A stretch of 64,000 nt of DNA. Source: Fimbriimonadaceae bacterium (GTDB lineage: Bacteria > Armatimonadota > Fimbriimonadia > Fimbriimonadales > Fimbriimonadaceae). Every line of letters starts with the position of its first letter. Position 1 is the first letter of the stretch. The translations under genes were made by a program, and so were the position numbers. Below, piece after piece: positions 15,302-23,118 of this stretch. The notes beneath the pieces are model-generated. The model searched no databases. It was not told where the DNA came from and saw only the letters and a list, made by a program, of their open reading frames with translations. The stretch spans positions 278,605 to 342,604 of the forward strand of contig JAHBTE010000001.1 in NCBI GenBank assembly GCA_019638675.1, in the 5' to 3' direction.

Positions 15302-16552
15302 TTAAATTTTCCTCTCAGGAGATAGGGCGGAAATAGGCAACGAGGTTTTTTCTCCAGTCAAAATTTGGCTGACGAGACGACCGGTTGCTGGCCCCAGACT
15401 CATTCCCATCATAGCATGACCAGCCGCTAAAGTAAGGTTCTCCCAGACCTTCGCCCGGCCCAAATAAGGCAGTCCATCCGGCGTGCAAGGGCGGAACCCA
15501 ACCCAAATATTTTCTTTGCCGAAATCATGCGACTGCCAAGCAGGAATCACTTTCTGCAAACGCCGCTGAACCGCAGTGATTCTTTGCCGAATTGGTTTCG
15601 ATCCCCAATCGCCGAGGACGAAATTTCCGCTGATCCGTACACCGTCCACCATAGGGTTGATAGCGATCTTTCCTTCTTCCAGCAATATCGGTGCTGAAGG
15701 CACTTGACTCAGTCCAGTCACGGTCATCGAATGTCCTTTTCCCGGGAGCATCGGCAAGTTCAGATGAAGCAGACTAGCGAGTTTTCCTGTCCAACTTCCG
15801 GCGGCAAGGACAAATTCGTCGGCTGAAAAATCGCCTTTGTTGGTTCGCACAGCCCGGATTTTCCCGTTAGTCGCTTTAAAGTCTTGAACTTCGCACTCAT
15901 AATGCAAGTCTACGCCCGCGCTTGACAAATAGGTTTTCAGTTTTTCCATCACCTGATGTGGCGGCAAATCAGAATCACACAAAAAGTGAACGCCTCCAAA
16001 TGAGTTAATTTCTATGGAAAGCTGGTCTGAAACCTCCTCTCGATTTAATAGATGAGATTCCAAACCCAAATCCATCGCGGCTACTTGAAAGTGCGCGAGC
16101 TCATCCATACAGTTTTGAGATTCGGCAACCATGTAAAGCCCTCGCTTTTTTGGATGGTCGGGCATTCCAATCGCGGGCAACATTTCATCGTATTCGCCCT
16201 GACTCAATAGGTTTAGATCACGGATATAGGGTGCAACCCTGCTTGCATGATCGCTGAGTGCAAATCGACTGCTTCGCATTGCCCAGTTGCGAAATCCTGG
16301 AGTCATCGGCCTTGCGCCAAATGCAGCGGTTGGATTGAGTGCCATCTTTAAACCCGCCGTCATCATTCCTCGCGACGCAATCGGTACAAAATGGCTGGGC
16401 ACGATCAGCCCCGCATTGCCGTAGCTCGTTCCAGCAAAGTTTTCTTTAGAACGCTCCAAAACGGTGACCCGCCAACCTTTATTAACCAAGTAGTAAGCGG
16501 AACAAAGCCCAATAATTCCGCCACCGATTATTATTGCGGAGCGGTCACTCAA
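15302..16552 (-). CDS. FAD-dependent oxidoreductase, D-hydroxyproline dehydrogenase type (DAO family)
   Basis: 416 aa. N-terminal dinucleotide fold IIIGGGIIGLCSAYYL. Lies between the epimerase and KGSADH genes. Confidence 0.75.
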   Translation of the reverse strand: MSDRSAIIIGGGIIGLCSAYYLVNKGWRVTVLERSKENFAGTSYGNAGLIVPSHFVPIASRGMMTAGLKMALNPTAAFGARPMTPGFRNWAMRSSRFALSDHASRVAPYIRDLNLLSQGEYDEMLPAIGMPDHPKKRGLYMVAESQNCMDELAHFQVAAMDLGLESHLLNREEVSDQLSIEINSFGGVHFLCDSDLPPHQVMEKLKTYLSSAGVDLHYECEVQDFKATNGKIRAVRTNKGDFSADEFVLAAGSWTGKLASLLHLNLPMLPGKGHSMTVTGLSQVPSAPILLEEGKIAINPMVDGVRISGNFVLGDWGSKPIRQRITAVQRRLQKVIPAWQSHDFGKENIWVGFRPCTPDGLPYLGRAKVWENLTLAAGHAMMGMSLGPATGRLVSQILTGEKTSLPISALSPERKI

Positions 16553-17490
16553 TTGCCGCCTCGCTTAAACGCGGTGAACCCATCGCGTAACGGGTCGGCA
16601 GGGTCAATCAGCAGTTCCAGTTCGGCCGTCACAAATGCTTCACCCCGAATCACTGGCGTTATTGTATCGCCTTCAACTTCCACCCAAGCCTCAAAAACTG
16701 ACCCCGTAATACTTTCCTGCCGCCACACTTCTCCAGCTTTCAGTTTGCCGCGAGAATAAAGCGTCGCCACCTTTGCACTCGTTCCTGTGCCACATGGTGA
16801 CCGGTCATACGCTCCGCCTGGACAAAGCACAAAGTTCCGGCTGTCTGCTTCACCTATTGGATCAGCAAAGAACTCGACATGATCGACTTCGTAGTTATTG
16901 ATTCGATGCCCCGATGCAAAGAGTTTTTCTTTAATTGCGCCACTCACTCTGAGTAGCTCGTTTACGTTTTCCAGTTCCAGCTTCATCCCATGATCAGAGC
17001 ATAAAAAGAAGCCGTTTCCACCCCAAGCAATGTCCCCGTTGAAAACGCGACCATCCACTTCGACTGCAACATCTTTTTCATTTAGAAAGCTCGGCACATT
17101 TCTAAAAGTGACTTTTCCATCAACGCCGATATCGAGATTCACCACTCCCACTGGAGTATCAATTTGATGTTCGCCGGGTGACCAAATTCCAGCGTGAACC
17201 AGAGTCTTCGCGACCCCGATTGTGCCGTGGCCGCACATCCCCAATAACCCAGCATTGTTGAAGAAAATCACGCCGTGCTCGGCTCGAAACCCGGGAACAA
17301 GTAAAGCTCCGACCAGCACATCGGAACCCCGTGGTTCGCATACAAAAGCGGAACGCAAATGATCTAACCGGCTACCAAAATCCTCCCGGAAATCAGCCAT
17401 AGAATCGCCGCGCAAACCCAATCCGTCGCCAAATACGAATCGAGTTGGTTCTCCGCCGGTATGCGAATCAATGGCGCGGAATCGTTGCAT
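16549..17490 (-). CDS. 4-hydroxyproline 2-epimerase (proline racemase family, Cys/Cys type)
   Basis: 313 aa. Both catalytic cysteines are present (GMCGHG and DRSPCGTGTSA), so this is the epimerase/racemase rather than the dehydratase subtype. Confidence 0.8.
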   Translation of the reverse strand: MQRFRAIDSHTGGEPTRFVFGDGLGLRGDSMADFREDFGSRLDHLRSAFVCEPRGSDVLVGALLVPGFRAEHGVIFFNNAGLLGMCGHGTIGVAKTLVHAGIWSPGEHQIDTPVGVVNLDIGVDGKVTFRNVPSFLNEKDVAVEVDGRVFNGDIAWGGNGFFLCSDHGMKLELENVNELLRVSGAIKEKLFASGHRINNYEVDHVEFFADPIGEADSRNFVLCPGGAYDRSPCGTGTSAKVATLYSRGKLKAGEVWRQESITGSVFEAWVEVEGDTITPVIRGEAFVTAELELLIDPADPLRDGFTAFKRGGN

Positions 17491-18398
17491 TATCCAACTC
17501 GAGCCGGGATTTGAGGACGATTCTTGATTCCTTCATGAATGGTTGCCAGCACTCGTTGCCGCTCTGCTCCTTCGAGCATCAAGCGAGGGGCACGAACATA
17601 CTCTTTGCCTAAACCAGTTTCTTGGATGGCTAGCTTGATGTTCTGCACGAACTTATTTCCAACATCTAGGTGTAACAGCGGCGTGTACCAGCGATAGATT
17701 TCTTTTGCCTTTTCCCATTCTCCGGCTTGCATCAGGTTCCACAGGTACTGGTTTTCTTCTGGAAACGCCAGTCCGATTCCAGCGATCCACCCGGTTGCCC
17801 CGAGCATCGTGCATTCCAGAGCGAGATCATCAACTCCAGAAAAAACCGTATACCGATCACCCACATGGTTAAAAACATCTGTGATTCTGCGCGGATCGCC
17901 GCTGGATTCTTTTATCGCGACAAACTTCTCTTCCCTTGCCATTTCTTCTAGCATTTGGGGAGTGATATCCACTCTGTAAGCTAGTGGATTGTTATAGATA
18001 ATAATTGGCTGGGTGCTCGCTTTTGCGACGGTAAAGAAGTGGTTGAGAGTTTCGCGTTCATCGGAATGATAAACCATTGCGGGGAGAACCATAAAGCCAT
18101 CGACGCCTGCATTTTGCGCGGCTTGAACAAAATCACACGCCATATCGGTGCTGAGTTCGCTGACGCCACTAATCACGGGAATCTTGCCATTAGCAACTTC
18201 CAACGCACACTTCAGCACTTGGAGTTTTTCATCTCTTGAAAGCGTATTGTTTTCGCCCAGGCTTCCAAGCATCACCAAACCCTGGACTCCCGACTTGATG
18301 ACGACTTCCAAATGCTGAGCCGTTGCCTCAAGGTTCAGCCGCCCATCTGCGTACATCTGCGTCGTCGCCGCCGGAAAAACTCCACTCCAATTCGCCAT
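17490..18398 (-). CDS. DapA-family lyase, delta1-pyrroline-4-hydroxy-2-carboxylate deaminase type
   Basis: 302 aa. DHDPS/NAL family (GSLGE, IKESSG Schiff-base Lys region). First gene of the hydroxyproline operon. Confidence 0.7.
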   Translation of the reverse strand: MANWSGVFPAATTQMYADGRLNLEATAQHLEVVIKSGVQGLVMLGSLGENNTLSRDEKLQVLKCALEVANGKIPVISGVSELSTDMACDFVQAAQNAGVDGFMVLPAMVYHSDERETLNHFFTVAKASTQPIIIYNNPLAYRVDITPQMLEEMAREEKFVAIKESSGDPRRITDVFNHVGDRYTVFSGVDDLALECTMLGATGWIAGIGLAFPEENQYLWNLMQAGEWEKAKEIYRWYTPLLHLDVGNKFVQNIKLAIQETGLGKEYVRAPRLMLEGAERQRVLATIHEGIKNRPQIPARVG

Positions 18399-18522
18399 GT
18401 TTTTGATGTTACCTACGCCTAGCGTGTTGGTATTTTCATCAAAGCCATGTGGACGATTTCAGACTCTGCAACGGATTGAGGTGTAAACAATATGTTTCAC
18501 CAGGTAAACAGATGTTGAAATT

Positions 18523-19353
18523 ATGAGAACGTGGTTTATCACCGGAGCATCTTCCGGATTTGGACTGATCCTTGCTGAAAAACTGTTAGCGCAAGGCGAC
18601 CAGGTTATTGCCACAGCCCGAAAACCAGATGCACTAGTGGAGCTATCTGCGCAAAGTAATGGCAACTTACTGATCCAAAAACTGGATGTCAACAATCAAT
18701 CAGATATTGATGCGGCGGTTGAGGCAACTATTGAGAAGTTCGGCAAGATTGACGTGCTCGTCAATAATGCTGGGTACGGAATGGTCGGCACGATTGAAGA
18801 AGTCACCGATGCGGAAGTTCGCGCTCAGTTCGATACCAATGTATTCGGTCTGTTGAACGTCACCAGAGCAGTCTTGCCACACATGCGAGCCGCGAAGTCT
18901 GGACATATTTTGAATCTGTCCAGTATCGCCGGACTCACCGCTAGCGCAACATTTCCAATTTATTGCGCAAGCAAGCATGCAGTTGAGGCAATTTCAGAGG
19001 GGCTTGCCGCCAGCATGAAGCCGTTTGGAATACATGTCACCTTAATCGAGCCTGGTCTCTTCCGAACTAGGTTTGCTAACCAAACGAGTATCCAAATCAC
19101 AAAAAACCGGATGCCGGAATATGACGAACAAATGAGCGAAACCATGGACTGGCTGAAAGAAGTTGACGGCACTCAGCCCGGCGACCCTGACAAAGCGGTG
19201 GATGCGATGATTGCGATGGTCAACGACCCGAATCCACCGCTGCGCCTCCTTCTTGGCCCAGATGCCTGGGATCGTGCCCACGTCAAGCTTGAGGCTCTTA
19301 AGGCAGATTTCGACCGTAACGAACAGATCACGAAATCTGCGGTTTTCAACTAG
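18523..19353 (+). CDS. Short-chain dehydrogenase/reductase (SDR)
   Basis: 276 aa. TGASSGFG cofactor motif, NNAG, catalytic YCASKHA. Confidence 0.8.
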   Translation: MRTWFITGASSGFGLILAEKLLAQGDQVIATARKPDALVELSAQSNGNLLIQKLDVNNQSDIDAAVEATIEKFGKIDVLVNNAGYGMVGTIEEVTDAEVRAQFDTNVFGLLNVTRAVLPHMRAAKSGHILNLSSIAGLTASATFPIYCASKHAVEAISEGLAASMKPFGIHVTLIEPGLFRTRFANQTSIQITKNRMPEYDEQMSETMDWLKEVDGTQPGDPDKAVDAMIAMVNDPNPPLRLLLGPDAWDRAHVKLEALKADFDRNEQITKSAVFN

Positions 19354-19477
19354 TCATTGATTCAAGTGGAGGTTCTTCAAGCCTCCACTACTATTTCGGA
19401 CTCAAATTTTGTTCTTGGGCTCAAGCAAAACTCCCACCCAGCCCATAATCACTGTGGTATCTTTACTTCTCACAAGT

Positions 19478-19552
19478 TGCCGCTTAGCTCAGTGGTAGAG
19501 CAGCTGACTGTTAATCAGCGGGTCGTAGGTTCGAATCCTACAGCGGCAGCCA
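19478..19552 (+). tRNA. tRNA-Asn(GTT): tRNA-Asn (anticodon GTT), CCA encoded
   Basis: Manual cloverleaf: acceptor TGCCGCT/AGCGGCA, D arm GCTC-AGTGGTA-GAGC, anticodon arm GCTGA-CTGTTAA-TCAGC, variable GGGTC, T arm GTAGG-TTCGAAT-CCTAC, discriminator G, CCA. 75 nt. Confidence 0.95.
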
Positions 19553-19559
19553 CTAATTT
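19507..19559 (+). repeat. Direct repeat copy 1 (attL-like): 3' half of tRNA-Asn plus 7 nt of flank
   Basis: 53 nt ACTGTTAATCAGCGGGTCGTAGGTTCGAATCCTACAGCGGCAGCCACTAATTT, identical to 40435-40487. Confidence 0.9.
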
Positions 19560-19607
19560 CAACCTAAATCAGTGTTGATTTGAGAATTTTCTCACTTTAA
19601 TTTATCG

Positions 19608-19633
19608 TTCGTACAACAACGCGTACAACAACC
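19608..19633 (+). repeat. GTTCGTACAACAAC-GC-GTACAACAACC motif (boundary-associated repeat, copy 1)
   Basis: Tandem GTACAACAAC decamer 56 nt past the tRNA-Asn 3' end. A 25-nt identical copy lies at 40305-40329, a 13/14 match at 48076-48089, and TACAACAACC at 40541-40550. Confidence 0.8.
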
Positions 19634-19800
19634 CCGCCAACATCTGAAGATACTTCAGCCTGCTTTCGAATCTCGCAACCTCTAGCTACTCCGATTCGCC
19701 GGGTACATTTAGTTGGCGAAAGACCAACACTCGTCGTTGCTGCTTGGCGGCGGTTATCCCGGTTGGCGCAAAATTTGAAAGGAAAACCTAAGCGAAGATA

Positions 19801-20025
19801 ATGCCCCGAATATTTGATAATATCGACCTGCCCTTCTTGCCCGCACTTGAAGAAATGCTCAAAACGGGTTACCGGGCAGACTTTTGCGTGGGTTTCTTTA
19901 ACCTCCGAGGCTGGAACCGATTAGGTTCAGCCGTAGAGGAAACATTTACGGGAAATCCTGAAAGCCAATGCAGATTGCTCGTCGGCATGCAACGGTTGCC
20001 CGAAGACGAGGTGATCATTAGCTGA
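19801..20025 (+). pseudogene. N-terminal fragment (74 codons) of a PLD-domain/SNF2-type helicase-family gene
   Basis: [41 protein letters not shown]...[14 protein letters not shown] resembles the N-terminus of about 1000-aa PLD-nuclease/helicase proteins. The reading frame stops after 74 aa. Confidence 0.5.
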
Positions 20026-20429
20026 TGCCCGACTTGATCGAATTCGAAGTCGATGGCCAGCCACCTCTTAAAGGCGAAGCCTTGTCCCTGATGAACGCAA
20101 AGCATAAGCAGTTGAATCGAGTGGTCGCACTACTCTCAGCCGTTCAGAGGTTGAAGTCATCGAACAGTAACAACGGCTTTGGGAGTCACCTGATCCGCTT
20201 AGAAGTTGAAGTCCGATGCACAACCCTTCCACCCAAGGGTGACGCAACAAATTATCTCGGCGGAATCGGTGACATCTTGCAAGCACAAAAACCCCAGGGC
20301 AGTGATCATCTTGGGGAACTAGCGGGACTTAGCCTGTTCGACGATGATCGGCAAATCGTCGAGATTGCTTTTCGTGCGACCCTGAGCGAGGCAGATTCTT
20401 ACACAGTCCGACTGTCCCGCATTGATTGA
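20025..20429 (+). CDS. Hypothetical protein, possibly RusA-like endodeoxyribonuclease fold
   Basis: 134 aa. GDATNYLGGIGDILQ ... LFDDDRQIVEIAF parallels the RusA D-x-DN-x3-K-x3-D-x-L ... DD-x-Q-V pattern. TGATG start/stop overlap with the fragment upstream. Confidence 0.35.
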   Translation: MPDLIEFEVDGQPPLKGEALSLMNAKHKQLNRVVALLSAVQRLKSSNSNNGFGSHLIRLEVEVRCTTLPPKGDATNYLGGIGDILQAQKPQGSDHLGELAGLSLFDDDRQIVEIAFRATLSEADSYTVRLSRID

Positions 20430-20626
20430 CTACACGCCATCCCCTAGCCATCCAGGAGCCGTAGAATGGCTTCAGCAACCACCGACACATCTTTGTCAAG
20501 GCGGTTGAGATACCCGTGACCATCCGCCGCAACACACTCGAAGGTTTGCCTGTCGCGCCCTAAAGGGGCAAAGGTGATCCTATTCGCTTGACCTGGCTCC
20601 GTGTGCGATCGAGAAACTACATGGGT

Positions 20627-21061
20627 TCACTCATGTTTGAGTAAACCGATCCCAAGCAACAGAAATATCTTTGCCATCTCAAGTGCGATATACATCAGAT
20701 GGATACTGCTACCTGAAACCGGCTCGCGCGCTATTATTGCCAACGTTCGCGCGTCAATCACTGGCATAACAACCAACCACTGAATTGCAAAGATGATAAT
20801 TGGGATAATGGCGACAGCCCGTCGCTTACCGCTATCAAGAAAAAAACTCGGTATCAAAGCAGCGCAGAGAATAGCTTCTGCGATCCCAATCGAGTGGAAA
20901 GTCGCGCGTCCGACCTCAAGCGCGGAAGTCAGAGGCAAACTTGCCACCTGGAATTTCGCCATGGTGGCAATCAAGTTCCCTCCAACACATATCCCCACCC
21001 AAATTAGCGCAATCCGGCTGGCAAATCCATAGTTCCTAATGCTCTTGGCCACTATGATCAA
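20627..21061 (-). CDS. Integral membrane protein (about 4 TM), function unknown
   Basis: 144 aa, hydrophobic throughout. Overlaps the 3' end of the truncated-haemoglobin gene by 26 nt. Confidence 0.5.
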   Translation of the reverse strand: MIIVAKSIRNYGFASRIALIWVGICVGGNLIATMAKFQVASLPLTSALEVGRATFHSIGIAEAILCAALIPSFFLDSGKRRAVAIIPIIIFAIQWLVVMPVIDARTLAIIAREPVSGSSIHLMYIALEMAKIFLLLGIGLLKHE

Positions 21062-21485
21062 GTTCCACTACAGACTCTAACCGGGTTGCTATCCGTTTTG
21101 CATTCTCCATAAACGCCTCAGTAACCTCCGCTGAAGGAGCCAAATCAATCAGTGTTTTCTCAAACAAACTCAGCCAGTGCGTAAAATCGCCCGGACGAAC
21201 CCCCACTAGCTTTTGATGCGCAGGGACAGGTCTCCCAGAATAAGTATTCGATTTCAAAATGATCGTTGACCAAAAAGTCTTCATCTTTGCTAAATGCGGA
21301 TCCCAATTGTCGCCAATTTCTTGATCGAAAATTGGCCCAAGCCGCTCATCCGCACGAATCCGTTGATAGAAAGTTTCGACCAACTCCGAAATGAATTCTT
21401 CAGAAACGCCAATATCAACCATTGAGGCTATGTGTGCCTCCCGCTTAGACTGAACCATATGCAAATCAATCAAATCTGCCATCAA
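21036..21485 (-). CDS. Group III truncated haemoglobin
   Basis: 149 aa. FISELVETFYQRIRADERLGPIF ... WDPHLAKMKTFWSTIILKSNTYSGRPVPAHQKL matches the trHb group III (Ctb-like) pattern. Confidence 0.7.
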   Translation of the reverse strand: MMADLIDLHMVQSKREAHIASMVDIGVSEEFISELVETFYQRIRADERLGPIFDQEIGDNWDPHLAKMKTFWSTIILKSNTYSGRPVPAHQKLVGVRPGDFTHWLSLFEKTLIDLAPSAEVTEAFMENAKRIATRLESVVELDHSGQEH

Positions 21486-21674
21486 AATTTCGCTCCATTG
21501 CTCGAATAGGCCCGTGTATGACCCCGATCGAACCGCGAGCGAAATTCAATCGCAGTTTTGAGCGAAATCTTTATCTGATCAAATGCCGGACTAACTGCAC
21601 TTATTGGGGGGGCTGGACTGATTACCATGGGATTGTTCTTCATAGTAAGAATGATTCACTTTGTCAACGCAAGC

Positions 21675-21690
21675 TATGATCAAGGTCATA
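21675..21690. promoter_or_regulatory. Candidate Crp/Fnr-family box TATGA-TCAAGG-TCATA
   Basis: 5+5 dyad containing the TGA-N6-TCA core, 20 nt upstream of the ATG at 21711, in the divergent trHb/crp intergenic region. Confidence 0.3.
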
Positions 21691-21710
21691 CTTCAGACAG
21701 GGTTTTCAAA

Positions 21711-22415
21711 ATGAGCGAAGCAAATATACTGACTGCAAACGAAATCCTGCGCTGTAGCACGCTTTTGGGTTCACTCAATGACCAAGAAGTCACCGAACTC
21801 GCAATCCACTCAAAAATGGTGCGAGTGGCAAGATCCGAAGTCATTTGGAACCGTGGTGACAAACTGGATTATTTCGCAATAATCGGTACCGGATTCGTAA
21901 AGATGGTTCAGTCCACTCCAACAGGGCAAGAATTAACAAACGAAGTGATGGGTCCAGGAAATGCCTTTGGCCTTCTTGGTACCCTGGATGGCAAAGGATG
22001 TCCACTAACGGCCAAAGCCGTGTGCGATTCAGTTATTCTTCGAGTACCAAAAGCTGAATTCCTATCCGTATACCATTCAAACATAATCCTAATGGAAAAC
22101 ATTACGTCGGCTGCCACCCGTCGCATTCGCGAGACCCAGGATCTCATAAAATTCTTCGCCACCGGAAAGGTCGAGGAGCGAATCTCGGCCATTCTCCTTA
22201 CACTAGCTGACTCTTATGGTAAATCGCAAAACGGTCACCTCGTTATCACAGTCCCTCTCACGCGCCAAGACATCTCAGAAATGACCGGGACAACCGTAGA
22301 AAGCACGATCCGAACGATGAGTAGAATGCAGAAGAACGGAATCATCTCCACCGAAAAGAAGTACGTCATAGTCAAAAATCTCGACGCACTTAAAGCCCTG
22401 CTAAGTCAAATCTAA
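21711..22415 (+). CDS. Crp/Fnr family transcriptional regulator (no N-terminal Fnr Cys cluster)
   Basis: The track ORF starts at 21627. The MSEANIL Met at 21711 gives a typical length. cNMP-binding-like beta-roll then C-terminal HTH (LTRQDISEMTGTTVESTIRTMSRM). Confidence 0.8.
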   Translation: MSEANILTANEILRCSTLLGSLNDQEVTELAIHSKMVRVARSEVIWNRGDKLDYFAIIGTGFVKMVQSTPTGQELTNEVMGPGNAFGLLGTLDGKGCPLTAKAVCDSVILRVPKAEFLSVYHSNIILMENITSAATRRIRETQDLIKFFATGKVEERISAILLTLADSYGKSQNGHLVITVPLTRQDISEMTGTTVESTIRTMSRMQKNGIISTEKKYVIVKNLDALKALLSQI

Positions 22416-23107
22416 GATCGATTTAACACTTGTTCAACTAAACAATCGACACACTGCAACGTAATCATTCGGTTCTTTGTCTGTACCCAACCGGCTCTTT
22501 CCCACTTGCTGAGCGTTCGAATAGTAGTCTCAACGGTCGTATGTGAAATCTCCGCAATTTCGCGTCGCGTAAGCGGAATCTTCAGTGCAATCCGACCTCC
22601 ACTTTCTACTCCATAGCGTGAACCACACTCAAGTAAGGCGGAAAGTATCCGTTGATCGACTCGAGCGTAACCGCTTTGAGTGATTGAGCGATATGCCTGC
22701 GATAAATGTGTTGCTAACATCTCCGCAACAACTTTCAAAAACCCCGAATCCCCTCGTAATAGTTCAGCCACGACGGGTGTAGGAATTTTTATCGCTATCC
22801 CGTCCGAAATCGCCTGCGCTGATAGCTTATATGTAGATTGTTCATGAACTCCCAGCAATCCTAACATTTCTCCCGGACCAAGCACGGCAACGGTAACCGT
22901 ATCAGATTCACCAAACTGGCGCACCTGCTGTACAAAGCCATTAAGTACAATGTAAACGGCATCTCGCTCTTGACCCTGCGTGTAGAGTTTTTGTTTTCTT
23001 CTAAATTCGATGACCGTGCATTCGCGTGCAAGCAAGTCCCTTTCAAACTGGGAAATCTCACCAAACGGAGCAGTCCACAACCAATCATCCAGAACATTCG
23101 GTGTCAC
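22412..23107 (-). CDS. Crp/Fnr family transcriptional regulator
   Basis: 231 aa. Effector domain plus HTH LTRREIAEISHTTVETTIRTLSKW. Last gene of the long minus-strand moa-narB transcription unit. Confidence 0.8.
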   Translation of the reverse strand: MTPNVLDDWLWTAPFGEISQFERDLLARECTVIEFRRKQKLYTQGQERDAVYIVLNGFVQQVRQFGESDTVTVAVLGPGEMLGLLGVHEQSTYKLSAQAISDGIAIKIPTPVVAELLRGDSGFLKVVAEMLATHLSQAYRSITQSGYARVDQRILSALLECGSRYGVESGGRIALKIPLTRREIAEISHTTVETTIRTLSKWERAGWVQTKNRMITLQCVDCLVEQVLNRS

Positions 23108-23118
23108 ATTGCACCCAC

